Shown here: positions 17,947 through 28,387 of the stretch, piece by piece
Numbering within the stretch: the stretch's first letter is position 1
How the letters are laid out: each line of letters opens with the position of its first letter
Virus record (IMG/VR): IMGVR_UViG_3300043775_002158
Location: 1 to 64,000 of that record
Strand: one strand, 5' to 3'
Length of the DNA stretch: 64,000 nt
DNA from: a virus
Notes under the pieces: model-generated
Seen by the model: the letters and a program-made list of their open reading frames with translations, nothing else
Database searches by the model: none
What the model was told of the DNA's origin: nothing
Program-made: the position numbers and the translations under genes

Positions 17947-20367
17947 ATGAACTTTAACAACATTTTTGAAGAATTACTACTTGAGTTAAGTGGACAGGAG
18001 ATATATCAAAAGTATTATTCTAAAATACCATATGAGACTTTTTTAGATATTGTAATGGCTGACCCGAAAACAAACATAAGTGGATCAGGTGAATTACTAT
18101 CAATAGGAAAATATTCAAAATTATTATTATCATTTTATCAAAAGGGTAGTTTAAGGGATGAGGATTTAGCAAAGGCTGAAGAATATTTGGAATGTGTTTA
18201 TTCCCATAATATCGCATTAGACGTAAGTAAATTAAAAAATTTAGGGGACTTATATCAAGTAGTTCAAAAATATCTTATTTCGGACACACAAGATCTTAAT
18301 GAAATTTTAAAGGCACTTGTTATCGATCAAGATTACAAATTACTACATCAAGGTAAGGATTGGGATTTTTATCAACCTCTAACCGAAAAGGGTTCCGCAT
18401 ATTTAGGATTTGCCACCGAGTGGTGTACAGCGTGGGGTCAATACTGTCTTAATAAAAAATATAGAGAAAGACAAAACCATTTTGAAAGACATAACGGACA
18501 AGGACCTTTATTCATTATGATGAGTAAAATTAATCCATTAAACAAATATCAATTTCATTTTGAAACAAATCAATTTATGGATCCAAAGGACAGTAGAATT
18601 AATTTTACTGAATTTTGGCCAAATAAAGATGAAATTAAAAATTATTTCTTCCCATCATTAGTTAGAGAAACATCTGAGGAAGAAGTAAAAAATGAATTAC
18701 AAAGAATATCTATTTTACCTGACGGAGATGGTATGGTAATATTAAAGAAATCAATTGGAACTGTTAACAATCCTTTAGTGGAAGCAATCATAAATGAAGA
18801 TGAAGATGCATTAGAAGATTTGGTTGATGGTGAAGAAAGAGATGGGTCTGTTTATGTTTATAGTGGTAGACTTATTATACAAGTTGACGGGATACCAGGA
18901 GACGATGCTGAGGGTGTTGAAAGATCGATAGATCAATATAGAGGAGAGGCGAATAATGGTTGGGAGTGGGTTCATAGTGATATGGAAAATAGATTTTACG
19001 ACGTAGACGATTATGAAGATGAACTTGAAAAAATTTTTAAATCTTATTACGATAATAATAAAATAATATTACAAGAAGAATTGGGTATTAACTCATATGA
19101 AATTTTTAAAGAAGATTATTTTGATAACTATCTTGGTGATGATTATGTTAAAGATACTTTTGTGGATGATATAACAGATTTATCATATCCAAGTTATGAA
19201 GCTGAAAATGATAGAGAAGCAGACGCAATTGAAAAGTATTTGTCTTTTGGTTCTTCAGATGAACTTAATTTTTCAATTGTTTTTTTAGTACAATTTTTAA
19301 TTAAAAGAAATATTGTTGGACTTGGTGGGGATTATGATTGGACAATACAAGACATGGTTAGTAGTTATATTAGTCATTATAATTTAACAACTGAAATAGA
19401 TGAACCGGTATATAATTATGAGACAACGTATCCAAAATATGGAGACAATAATTATATTACAAAAAGAACTGACGAACATTTCGGTAAATTATTAGACAAT
19501 CCAGAAACAAATCATCAATGTGTTGAGTTAAGAAAACAATTAAATTACATTATTAAAACTTTATTTAAAGGATCAACTAAATTTGAAAATGATCATGTAA
19601 AAATTAAGTTAAAATCAAATAGAATTGATTGTGAAAAGGGAACTGTTAATATTGAATTTGTAAATAAAGATACAGGTCAGGTTTTCTACGATAATAACGT
19701 TAAAGTTGAAAATTTACCGAGATATGCAACTAACTACGAATTAAATTTAAAAGAAAATAAAAAAGTGAAATTAGTAATAACCGAATCACAATTAAAAAAT
19801 TTAAAGAAGTCGGTTAATAAAGGAGAAGATATAGGTGAGAGAAGTCGTAGTTTTGCGTTTACAAGAAAGAAAAGAAAATTTAGTAAACCTGAAAGAATGT
19901 CTAATCCACTTAGATATAAGGAAAAGGATAGATTAGAAGAAAATGGAAAAACTAATGAAAGAAAAATATTAAATTTTTTTGATTTAGTTAGTAAAGGTAT
20001 TGTTTGGATTACAGAACCTCATACTAATGGTGAAAGAGTTGAACCGAATTGGGAACACGATACAAATGTAATAACATTATGGAATGTTGAACACCCCGAA
20101 TCAGGTCAAGAATGGGTTAGACAAGCAATACATTTTCCAAAAAATAATTCAGTTAAATGGTGGAATGAAGTCGGTCAATTTCAATTAACTGACGACAAAT
20201 ACTATCAAATACTAAGAAGTATTGAATTATATAAGAAACAAAACGAAAAAGACAAGGATGCCAAATTCCTAACTTGTAAGAATTGTAGAAAGAAATTCAC
20301 TCAAACAACACACAAAGGTAAGAAATCTTTACCTATTTGTCCAACTTGTGGAACACATAATAAATGA
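17947..20367 (+). CDS. large leader-bearing protein: PcfJ-like domain, internal second leader, C-terminal zinc ribbon
   Basis: MNFNNIFEELLLE; WCTA...GPLFIM...KYQFHFETNQFMD; internal KVKLVITESQLKNL; CKNC...CPTCG. Confidence 0.75.
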   Translation: MNFNNIFEELLLELSGQEIYQKYYSKIPYETFLDIVMADPKTNISGSGELLSIGKYSKLLLSFYQKGSLRDEDLAKAEEYLECVYSHNIALDVSKLKNLGDLYQVVQKYLISDTQDLNEILKALVIDQDYKLLHQGKDWDFYQPLTEKGSAYLGFATEWCTAWGQYCLNKKYRERQNHFERHNGQGPLFIMMSKINPLNKYQFHFETNQFMDPKDSRINFTEFWPNKDEIKNYFFPSLVRETSEEEVKNELQRISILPDGDGMVILKKSIGTVNNPLVEAIINEDEDALEDLVDGEERDGSVYVYSGRLIIQVDGIPGDDAEGVERSIDQYRGEANNGWEWVHSDMENRFYDVDDYEDELEKIFKSYYDNNKIILQEELGINSYEIFKEDYFDNYLGDDYVKDTFVDDITDLSYPSYEAENDREADAIEKYLSFGSSDELNFSIVFLVQFLIKRNIVGLGGDYDWTIQDMVSSYISHYNLTTEIDEPVYNYETTYPKYGDNNYITKRTDEHFGKLLDNPETNHQCVELRKQLNYIIKTLFKGSTKFENDHVKIKLKSNRIDCEKGTVNIEFVNKDTGQVFYDNNVKVENLPRYATNYELNLKENKKVKLVITESQLKNLKKSVNKGEDIGERSRSFAFTRKKRKFSKPERMSNPLRYKEKDRLEENGKTNERKILNFFDLVSKGIVWITEPHTNGERVEPNWEHDTNVITLWNVEHPESGQEWVRQAIHFPKNNSVKWWNEVGQFQLTDDKYYQILRSIELYKKQNEKDKDAKFLTCKNCRKKFTQTTHKGKKSLPICPTCGTHNK

Positions 20368-20372
20368 TATAA

Positions 20373-21686
20373 TTAAGGGTTTAGGTTATTTTTTAGAGGA
20401 TTACCACATAAATCAGTTCTAAGAAGTATTGTTTCAACCACACTACCTCTTTTCATTTTTACATTAGGTTCGTTATTATATAATAAATCCTTAGATTTAT
20501 TACTTTTAATTGTAACCCAAGGGGTATCGGCGTGAGATCCCGCCTCATAAAATATACCATACTTACCTTCTCGACTAACCAACGGAACAATAGATAATAT
20601 AATTTCTTGTGACGGAGCATTATCAATAATTGATTTAGCTTTTACACCATCTAATCTGAATGTTTGTGAACGATCTCCACCAAATTCACCGTCAGATAAT
20701 CTACCATATTGATTAAACGAATTGCCAATTTTAGTTATATCATTAACAAATTCCATAAAATTATTGTATCCAGCATTTTTTGATAGTTCAGATATTTTAC
20801 CTATTTTTTCATTTTCAGTAAATGGTTTTTCTCCTACAAGTTTAAAAATGTATTTTGATCTTTTTTCTGGATTTTGGAAGTCTTTGTCTTTTATTTTACC
20901 GTTTTGAAAATCTAACATCCAACTTCGTTGAGCGTTTTCTAATTTAGTTTTATATTCCGATTGAGCATCTGTTATTCTTTTAATTTCATTTGATACCTCA
21001 GGACTTGTAACGGTATCTAAAACACCATTATTTAAATTAACTTCACCTAATGATACTCCATTCATTCGTAATTCGAATATTGCCTCATCACAATAATGCG
21101 TAGCACTATTTCTCCCTTTGTAATACCCAACCGTTATTTCCATACCAACAAGACATTCGTAATCTTTACTAGTACTAATAACTGCACTTACAAATTGTTC
21201 TCTTTGATATAAACTTGTTAATTTTGGATCTTTTAAATCGTTAGGTCCATTGTATGGGGTGTCTCCAATTTTTGTTTGTGGGTCGGGTATTTTAGGTAGT
21301 TTATCTATAGATCCATTATCAAGAAGATCTTTAAAGTATTTACCTAAATAATTAACCATTTGTTCTCCTCTTTTTTGTGATAAAACTCCAGTTGCTAATT
21401 TTGGTTTTGATGGATCTTCATTATCTACGTTTGTTACTTTACTTTCTCCCGCAACAATTTGTATTGTTATATTACTTCCTTTATTCTTATTAATAAAATT
21501 GGTTATTTTAGATAATTCAGGATTTAATTTACTTATTTGATTAGAAGTTAATTTCCAATAACCCATCGGCCAAATAGACCCTAACGGAACGGTCAATGAT
21601 TCTGTTCTAACTTCATTTTGTTCGTTGACAACTAATTTATCAACCATCCTCTTAATCTGATCTTCCGTTAAAATTACTTTCTTCAT
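20373..21686 (-). CDS. leader-bearing protein with OmpA-C-like domain
   Basis: MKKVILTEDQIKRMV; ITIQIVAGES...LSQKRGEQMVNYL...REQFV. Confidence 0.55.
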   Translation of the reverse strand: MKKVILTEDQIKRMVDKLVVNEQNEVRTESLTVPLGSIWPMGYWKLTSNQISKLNPELSKITNFINKNKGSNITIQIVAGESKVTNVDNEDPSKPKLATGVLSQKRGEQMVNYLGKYFKDLLDNGSIDKLPKIPDPQTKIGDTPYNGPNDLKDPKLTSLYQREQFVSAVISTSKDYECLVGMEITVGYYKGRNSATHYCDEAIFELRMNGVSLGEVNLNNGVLDTVTSPEVSNEIKRITDAQSEYKTKLENAQRSWMLDFQNGKIKDKDFQNPEKRSKYIFKLVGEKPFTENEKIGKISELSKNAGYNNFMEFVNDITKIGNSFNQYGRLSDGEFGGDRSQTFRLDGVKAKSIIDNAPSQEIILSIVPLVSREGKYGIFYEAGSHADTPWVTIKSNKSKDLLYNNEPNVKMKRGSVVETILLRTDLCGNPLKNNLNP

Positions 21687-21746
21687 GTTATATATAAATA
21701 CTTTAAAAAGATAAGTTGTATTTATTAGTATATAAATAGAAAAATT

Positions 21747-22589
21747 ATGTTATTAAAATTAGGATCAGAAGGAGAAGATGTTAAAAAACTTCAAATTAAA
21801 TTGGGAGTAGACCCAATAGGTAAATTTGGACCAAAGACCGAAGCGGCAGTAAAAAATTGGCAATCATCAAACGGTTTAACCGCGGACGGTATTGTTGGTG
21901 ATGGTACTTGGAGTAAGTTATTTACTGAAGGTACTGTAAGTGCACCGACAGTAATTACTGAGCCGGCACCCGTTGCAAATATCGGTGGTTTGAAATTAGA
22001 GAAATTGAAAGGTCATATTCCTGATGCGGTAATCAAACAAATTCCCGATACCGCAGCTAAATTCCAAATCAACACCCCATTAAGATTAGCACATTTCTTG
22101 GCTCAGTGTGGTCATGAATCAGGTGGGTTTAGACTAACTAAAGAAAATCTTAACTATTCAGCTAAGGGTCTTACAGGAACATTTAAGAAGTATTTCCCAA
22201 CAGAGGCCGCCGCAAAACCATACGAAAGACAACCTGCAAAAATTGCAAATAAAGTTTACGGAGGTAGAATGGGTAACGGTCCCGAATCAAGTGGTGAGGG
22301 GTCTAAATTCTGTGGTCGTGGTTATATTCAATTAACAGGAAAGGATAACTATACGGCATTTGGTAAGTCAATAAATGAGGATATGGTTTCAAATCCGGAC
22401 AAAGTTGCGTCAGATTATGCGTTATTATCTGCGGCTTGGTTCTTCTCTAAGAACGGTTTACATAAGATGGCCGATGAAGGTTCATCTGATACGGTTGTAA
22501 CTAAAATCACAAAAAGAGTAAATGGTGGAACAATAGGTCTTGCAGATCGTATTAAACACTTTAAAGAATATTATTCATTACTATCATAA
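21747..22589 (+). CDS. endolysin: PG-binding domain + GH19 catalytic domain
   Basis: LKLGSEGEDVKKLQ...DGIVG; RLAHFLAQCGHESGGF, ENLNYS, GRGYIQLTGKDNY, ITKRVNGG..GLADR. Confidence 0.92.
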   Translation: MLLKLGSEGEDVKKLQIKLGVDPIGKFGPKTEAAVKNWQSSNGLTADGIVGDGTWSKLFTEGTVSAPTVITEPAPVANIGGLKLEKLKGHIPDAVIKQIPDTAAKFQINTPLRLAHFLAQCGHESGGFRLTKENLNYSAKGLTGTFKKYFPTEAAAKPYERQPAKIANKVYGGRMGNGPESSGEGSKFCGRGYIQLTGKDNYTAFGKSINEDMVSNPDKVASDYALLSAAWFFSKNGLHKMADEGSSDTVVTKITKRVNGGTIGLADRIKHFKEYYSLLS

Positions 22590-22594
22590 AAAAT

Positions 22595-23062
22595 TTAATT
22601 AATACTTAATAATTTTTTAAAATGATTTAATGCATCTTCAAGATTGTGATATTTAAAATTTTTGATTTGTTTTGGACACTGTACTATAAAGACATCACAC
22701 AATTCGTCATAATAAAGACAATTTTTATTAGTTATTTTATTTTGCATATTGACTTTATTTTCCACCCATCTTAAATTTGAAACGTGATTATTATAAATGT
22801 TTCTATCAATGTGATCAACCGCAGGTAAATTGTTAATATTTGGTATATATGTTAACGCCACCAATCTATGTATGTTAAATGATTTTGGTTTACCTTTTTC
22901 GATTGGTAAATTTATACAAATTCTTTTGGTGTCTTTATTAATTTTTTGTTTCAATATACGACCGGTTTTTTGATTTCTAACCTCTCCATATTCATTGATT
23001 TCATAATTATTTAAATTCGGGATACTTTTATATTTTTCCATAATAATAAATATAGTGGACAA
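22595..23062 (-). CDS. NUMOD4-HNH homing endonuclease
   Basis: YEINEYGEVRN, IHRLVALTYIPN, VDHIDRNIYNNHVSNLRWV; start may be the second Met. Confidence 0.88.
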   Translation of the reverse strand: MSTIFIIMEKYKSIPNLNNYEINEYGEVRNQKTGRILKQKINKDTKRICINLPIEKGKPKSFNIHRLVALTYIPNINNLPAVDHIDRNIYNNHVSNLRWVENKVNMQNKITNKNCLYYDELCDVFIVQCPKQIKNFKYHNLEDALNHFKKLLSIN

Positions 23063-23063
23063 T

Positions 23064-23094
23064 AAAAAAGGGACCTTTTTTGTGGTCCCTTTTT
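23064..23094. terminator. intrinsic terminator, possibly bidirectional
   Basis: AAAAAGGGACC-loop-GGTCCCTTTTT. Confidence 0.75.
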
Positions 23095-23097
23095 CAT

Positions 23098-24732
23098 TTA
23101 ATATGTTTCCTTTATATCTACATCCGTTTCAGGATCTAAATCACTGAATCTACGTGAATCGTCATCATCATTTTCTTCGTCTTTAGGATGCATTTTAGTA
23201 CCTTCTAATTCCGACCATTTCTTAGCACCAATAAAGTGTCCTCCGGCCAATTCATTATCCTCATCGATAGGATAAACACAATATAGAGTACGATTATCAA
23301 TCGGACCATTCTCACCTACCACATATGTCTCAACTAAATATGATTTATCTTGATCATCGATGTATAATATTGTTGATGATTCGGTATAGTGAGGTTCAAA
23401 CATAACTCCATCGTAAACAACCCAATTTGTTTTATCTAAATGATATAAACCAAAATTTTTCTTATTTTTCTTACTTTTATATAATCTAATCTTAGGATTA
23501 TCAATACTTGTTCTGGCGGTAATAAATTCATTCTCCATTAAATGTTGATAAATGAAAGCAACACCTAAATCCGATAAACTTTGATTAACTATTCTTCCAT
23601 TTTGATCTTGTCTTGAACCGACAGATTTAAGTGTATTATCTAATAATCTAAATTCATTACCCACCTTTTTAATTGCTGACATTAATTCATATGAGGAAAA
23701 TTTATCTAAAACATCTCTTCCTGTTACTGTTAAAATATATAAATTTCTAAGGTTTGGATCCATACTTTTCCAAGACTTCTCAGTTGATATTACACCACCT
23801 CCGTCTAAATAAGCCTTTTTTAATTCCCTTCTTGCAGCGGCAAATTCATTTCTACCGGGATTTTCCGTAAGTCGATTGGCCATGTTTCTATCAAATAATT
23901 CGGCCTCATCATATCTTACATATTCGAACTTATCTCTATGTTCAGCTAATTGTGGGTATATTGTAATAACTTCTTGCCATGTTTTAGGATTATCACCATC
24001 ATTTAACATGCTGGTCATCTTAAAACCTGTATATCCATTATCACGTTCACAATATTGTAATGCACATATGTAATATCTACTAATATCCTTATTTGGGTTG
24101 TCTTTAGGATTTTTAGATTCATCCATAACAAACCAAAACGTTCTTCTTGGTCTATATGTTCCCCATAAATTAGAACGAGAATCTGACGTATTTCTACCTG
24201 TTACACACCATTGAAGTCCTCCGTGTTTTTCGGCCATTACCTGTTGGTAAAATCCGTATTTAATGGATTCTCTAGCATCAGATACATAGTGTACTTTAAA
24301 TCCTTCTTCATTAATGATTACATCTCTATCACTTAACCATAATTTTTTAGATGCCGCTACCTTCTTTTCGTCAGATGTTAATTTACCTTTAAATTCATCT
24401 TCTTCACCTGCGGTTAATACAGCGTCTCTAAATTCGTGTAATAAAGATTCAATTTCTTCTAAACTATATTGACTAATGTCCATTAATTTAGATGGATCAA
24501 ATGCTGGAAAACCACGAGTACCGTCGTGTCTCATTAAAAAAGTATAGACAGCCGGATTATTAACGGTTAAACTTTTTTGTTTTTCCATGAATAATGTTAA
24601 ATCGGTCTCAGCTTGTTGTATTTGTTCTGGTGTTGGATTATCACCAAACCATTTTTTTAATAGAAAGTTAAATAGTTTCTTATTTTTAACCTCTTCTACT
24701 ATAACGTCATAAACTAAATCTTGTATGTTCAT
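23098..24732 (-). CDS. leader-bearing protein with PcfJ-like domain
   Basis: MNIQDLVYDVIVEE; DISQYS...KYG...WCVT...NLWGTY...TFWFVMD. Confidence 0.65.
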   Translation of the reverse strand: MNIQDLVYDVIVEEVKNKKLFNFLLKKWFGDNPTPEQIQQAETDLTLFMEKQKSLTVNNPAVYTFLMRHDGTRGFPAFDPSKLMDISQYSLEEIESLLHEFRDAVLTAGEEDEFKGKLTSDEKKVAASKKLWLSDRDVIINEEGFKVHYVSDARESIKYGFYQQVMAEKHGGLQWCVTGRNTSDSRSNLWGTYRPRRTFWFVMDESKNPKDNPNKDISRYYICALQYCERDNGYTGFKMTSMLNDGDNPKTWQEVITIYPQLAEHRDKFEYVRYDEAELFDRNMANRLTENPGRNEFAAARRELKKAYLDGGGVISTEKSWKSMDPNLRNLYILTVTGRDVLDKFSSYELMSAIKKVGNEFRLLDNTLKSVGSRQDQNGRIVNQSLSDLGVAFIYQHLMENEFITARTSIDNPKIRLYKSKKNKKNFGLYHLDKTNWVVYDGVMFEPHYTESSTILYIDDQDKSYLVETYVVGENGPIDNRTLYCVYPIDEDNELAGGHFIGAKKWSELEGTKMHPKDEENDDDDSRRFSDLDPETDVDIKETY

Positions 24733-24783
24733 ACTACATAAATATATAATAAATACCTTTTTATCAATATAAAAACGGGTATA

Positions 24784-25137
24784 TTATTGAGATATGAACA
24801 TATCTGAACTTGTTAGGTTTTTCTTAAGGGTAGATAATTCTTCCGTAACCGATTTTAATAATCTTTCAATCATAAGAACTTTCATTAAACTATCGGCATC
24901 GGTTGTACTAACATCGTTGGTTTGACCACCAAAAAGAGCTAATTTTATTAAACTATCAGTTTCACTTTTAGATTGTTTCTCCTTCTTTCTTTGAAAATAT
25001 TTCCTTGAATTTTCTCTTGTACAATCAATACAGTAGTTGCTATGACCATCTAAAACCAATTTGTTCTTGTAAAAATTGTCAAGTGCTTTAGGTGTCTTAC
25101 AACCCGAACATCTCTTTTCTCTTTTCTCTTCAGACAT
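24784..25137 (-). CDS. zinc-finger protein with C-terminal coiled coil
   Basis: KRCSGCKTPK..DNFYKN....DG.SNYCIDC; TACCTTTG promoter at 25161-25168. Confidence 0.75.
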   Translation of the reverse strand: MSEEKREKRCSGCKTPKALDNFYKNKLVLDGHSNYCIDCTRENSRKYFQRKKEKQSKSETDSLIKLALFGGQTNDVSTTDADSLMKVLMIERLLKSVTEELSTLKKNLTSSDMFISQ

Positions 25138-25242
25138 AAATCTATTTTTTGATTAAGACACAAAGGTAATGTATATTAAAAGAAAAACCCAAATATCATA
25201 AAAAATATTTGGGTATAACTTATATTATATTATATTTTAATA

Positions 25243-25593
25243 TTACCACCAACTCTCATGTTTTGATACTAATTTGTCAAAAACTTGTTTTTCTTTTGGA
25301 GGCATTTTTTCTTCAGTATCGGGTCCCCATACACCGTCAGTTGGGTAAACGCGAATAATTCCTTGATACATCATAATAGCCTCTTCCGTTGATGAATTAC
25401 GACCCGTTTTACCGTCAATAGTTAAAGGTTTAAAATTTGGGATTGTTTTTAAACGAAGATTTAAAAACTCCTGTACTGCCTTTATTTTATTTCTCTCGTA
25501 GTTCTGTTCGTTAATTTGATCTTGTTTAGTTCCTGTGATCTGACTATCTATAATCTTTTTGATTTGACTTTCTGTGAATATATATTTTTTCAT
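25243..25593 (-). CDS. leader-bearing PG-binding protein
   Basis: MKKYIFTESQIKKII; VQEFLN...LTIDGKTG...TEEAIMMYQ...DGVWGPDT. Confidence 0.75.
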   Translation of the reverse strand: MKKYIFTESQIKKIIDSQITGTKQDQINEQNYERNKIKAVQEFLNLRLKTIPNFKPLTIDGKTGRNSSTEEAIMMYQGIIRVYPTDGVWGPDTEEKMPPKEKQVFDKLVSKHESWW

Positions 25594-25594
25594 A

Positions 25595-25921
25595 TTATTT
25601 AGTTGTTGACCTTCTTTTTTTACTTAAATCATCATTTTCTTTAGTCAGGTATTCAACTTTAACTGTTAGGGCCGCCACTTCTCTCGTTAAATTCAAAACC
25701 ATTGTTCGTAATTCGTCTTTTTCACTTGCGGATTGTTGTAATAACGCTTCCAATTTAGAAATACGGTCTTTACAGTCATGTCTGATAAAGTCCTCATCTT
25801 TCTCTTTATGCATTGCTCTTCTTTCGTAATACCTCCAAGCACCTCCACCACCTAAAATGGTTACTGCGGTGATTAATACTGAATAAACGTTTTCCATATT
25901 GTTATAAATAGTGTAATACAA
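25595..25921 (-). CDS. membrane-anchored coiled-coil protein (holin/spanin-like candidate)
   Basis: N-terminal hydrophobic helix then heptad-rich region; start probably MENV. Confidence 0.55.
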   Translation of the reverse strand: MYYTIYNNMENVYSVLITAVTILGGGGAWRYYERRAMHKEKDEDFIRHDCKDRISKLEALLQQSASEKDELRTMVLNLTREVAALTVKVEYLTKENDDLSKKRRSTTK

Positions 25922-26119
25922 AATAAAATTAAACTTTTTTAGGGACGTTTACCCCTAAAACACAAATTAATTTTTACCTGACAAATCGACATCCTATTTT
26001 TAGGTATTTTTCTAATCCATAACTTATTTATTTTTGTTGTCGGGGGACAAAATAAACTTATTAAATTAATATACGGGAGATTTCACAAACTCCCCTTTTT
26101 TTTGTATATTAGATAAGAT

Positions 26120-26671
26120 ATGAGTAAGATAATTAATTTTTTTGGTGGACCTGGTATTGGTAAATCCACTCAAGCCTCAGGTTTATTTACTGAGATGAAA
26201 AAACACCACATGAGTGTTGAATATACATATGAGTTCCCAAAAGAGGTTGCTTGGGAGGGTAATGTATCTCAATTAAGTGATCAGTTCTTCATTACCGCAA
26301 ATCAACATAGAAACATTAGTCGTCTTTATGGTAAGGTTGATTATATTATTGTAGATTCCCCAATTGTATTAGGTTGTTTTTATGAACAACGATATGGTGA
26401 GGGTTATCCCGCATCACACTACTCAATGTCAGGTTTAAGTAATTTCCTTTGGTCTTTATTTAAAAAATATGACAACATAAACATATTATTAAAAAGAAAT
26501 GATGAGACATATGATACAAATGGTAGATTACAAGGTCTACAAGAAGCTCAGGAGATCGATGAGGACATTAAGCTTACGTTGGGCGTTAACAATATACCTT
26601 ATAGTGAATTTAGTGTTCATAATGACACTCCTTTGGAGATTTATAGGTATTTAATAGAAAAGAATTTATGA
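26120..26671 (+). CDS. P-loop kinase (NadR/AAA_28-like nucleotide kinase)
   Basis: GGPGIGKST Walker A, IIVDSP, GRLQ. Confidence 0.8.
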   Translation: MSKIINFFGGPGIGKSTQASGLFTEMKKHHMSVEYTYEFPKEVAWEGNVSQLSDQFFITANQHRNISRLYGKVDYIIVDSPIVLGCFYEQRYGEGYPASHYSMSGLSNFLWSLFKKYDNINILLKRNDETYDTNGRLQGLQEAQEIDEDIKLTLGVNNIPYSEFSVHNDTPLEIYRYLIEKNL

Positions 26672-27336
26672 GAAAGAATTTAGGTTCTAAGGTTGGGGTA
26701 ACTATGATGACATTAATGTTACTATTCATTACGGTTTTCACATTTGCACAGGATGTGGTTGTTTTAAAACACACAAATTATACATCACATTTTAGTAAAT
26801 CAAAAAAATATCCTGTAATGGTAGAATGGTGGATTACAAGAGCAAAAGTTAGTTGTCCTACACCATTGACAAGAAAAGACAATTTTAAACCCGATCCAAA
26901 ATTACCATCTGAAACTGATTTATTAAATGATTATAAAGGTTCAGGAACCGATAGAGGACACATGATGCCAGCTGCGGAGAATTTGTGTCAAACACAGGCA
27001 ATTCAAGACGAATGTTTCTATTTCTCAAATATGGCAGCACAATATCATAGTTTAAACGCTGGCGATTGGAAGTCTGTTGAAACATTGGAAAGAGAATTAT
27101 CAAAACAACAAGATAGCGTTAAAGTGTGGTGTGGTAATATTGGTGAGGCAAAAAGAATTGGTAGAGTTGCGGTTCCGACCAAGTGTTGGAAGGTTATCTA
27201 CATAGTAAAAACTAAAGAATGGATGGCATTTTTATTTGATAATAATACGTCAAAACCAGACGGTATCCATAATAATCAAGTAGATAAAATAGATATAGAA
27301 AAATTAACCGGTTTTAAATTCAAATATGTTAAATAA
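26668..27336 (+). CDS. exported DNA/RNA non-specific endonuclease (NucA/EndA family)
   Basis: Signal peptide ending TFA-Q; DRGHMMPAA, FYFSNMAAQ..SLNAGDWKSVE, VAVPTKCWKVI. Confidence 0.9.
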   Translation: MRKNLGSKVGVTMMTLMLLFITVFTFAQDVVVLKHTNYTSHFSKSKKYPVMVEWWITRAKVSCPTPLTRKDNFKPDPKLPSETDLLNDYKGSGTDRGHMMPAAENLCQTQAIQDECFYFSNMAAQYHSLNAGDWKSVETLERELSKQQDSVKVWCGNIGEAKRIGRVAVPTKCWKVIYIVKTKEWMAFLFDNNTSKPDGIHNNQVDKIDIEKLTGFKFKYVK

Positions 27337-27535
27337 AGAATTAGTAAATTATCAAAATAAACTTTATTATATCTATAAAAAGTTAAAACAAGATCGTATT
27401 AAAGATGGTCATGTAAATGACTTAAGGGAATATTGGGGATGTGATATTGTTGTTAAAAGTAGAATTAACAATGATGATACTCTTCTCTTTTTAAATGAAA
27501 TTTCTGAAGCGGAGATTGTAAAAGATTTAGTTTAA
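27326..27535 (+). CDS. hypothetical protein
   Basis: 69 aa ORF overlapping previous stop. Confidence 0.65.
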   Translation: MLNKELVNYQNKLYYIYKKLKQDRIKDGHVNDLREYWGCDIVVKSRINNDDTLLFLNEISEAEIVKDLV

Positions 27536-27928
27536 TTACATATTCTTTTTAATGTGTTTTAAACACATATTAGTATATTTTTCTTCATTACGTTTTGCTT
27601 CTTTCTCTAATGGATTTTGAGAATAGTAATGTGTTTTTTCGTAATTTCTATATTTTGTACGAGATTGTAAATAATGAGTATACTCATGGATCATAGTTGC
27701 CACAATATCGTGTATAGTGGTGTTATTTGGTAAATATAAAGTTATTGTATTCCTCCAAAAACAGTAATTTCCATAAACTTCACAATTACCCATTTTACGT
27801 TTTCTCTCACTAACTTTAAAAATTAACTTTCTTCTTTTTCTATCACATAGCCCAAAATACTTCTCACACCACTTCAAAGTTTGTTTTGCGTAGTATGTTT
27901 TGGATCCTATGTCGATAGTTCTAGCCAT
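27536..27928 (-). CDS. HExxH zinc metallopeptidase-like protein
   Basis: ATMIHEYTHYLQ...NPLEKEA. Confidence 0.75.
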   Translation of the reverse strand: MARTIDIGSKTYYAKQTLKWCEKYFGLCDRKRRKLIFKVSERKRKMGNCEVYGNYCFWRNTITLYLPNNTTIHDIVATMIHEYTHYLQSRTKYRNYEKTHYYSQNPLEKEAKRNEEKYTNMCLKHIKKNM

Positions 27929-28280
27929 TTTTCTTATCTATTTTAATCGTCCTGGTTGCTCTTTTAGTTGGTTTTGAGGTTACTTCATTAACTGCGTCGA
28001 AGTTCTGTGCAATGTCATTTAAAATTGATGCAAACTCATAATTTTCAGACTCTTCATTCTTTTTCCAAAGAACACTAACGAAACTTCTTAATTCATTGTC
28101 CGTTAGTTTAGCCCTAACTTTAACCGCATTTTTCATCAGTTTTAAGACCATATATTGAACCCCTAATTTTTTATCTTGATTTAAGGAGAAGTAATTATTG
28201 ACTGTCACATTAGATAAAATTGATGTCGATACGTTCTCCAAAAATGAAATGAACGACGGATGGTTAATGTTTACATTCAT
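27921..28280 (-). CDS. hypothetical protein with UVR-like motif
   Basis: EESENYEFASILNDI. Confidence 0.55.
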   Translation of the reverse strand: MNVNINHPSFISFLENVSTSILSNVTVNNYFSLNQDKKLGVQYMVLKLMKNAVKVRAKLTDNELRSFVSVLWKKNEESENYEFASILNDIAQNFDAVNEVTSKPTKRATRTIKIDKKNG

Positions 28281-28387
28281 ATGTCTTTTCGTTTTTAATA
28301 AATAGTATTGTTATTGTTCTAAAAATGGAAAAGGGGATAAGTTTTTTATTTACTTAACCCCTTGACCTTCAATTTAATGGATAATAT

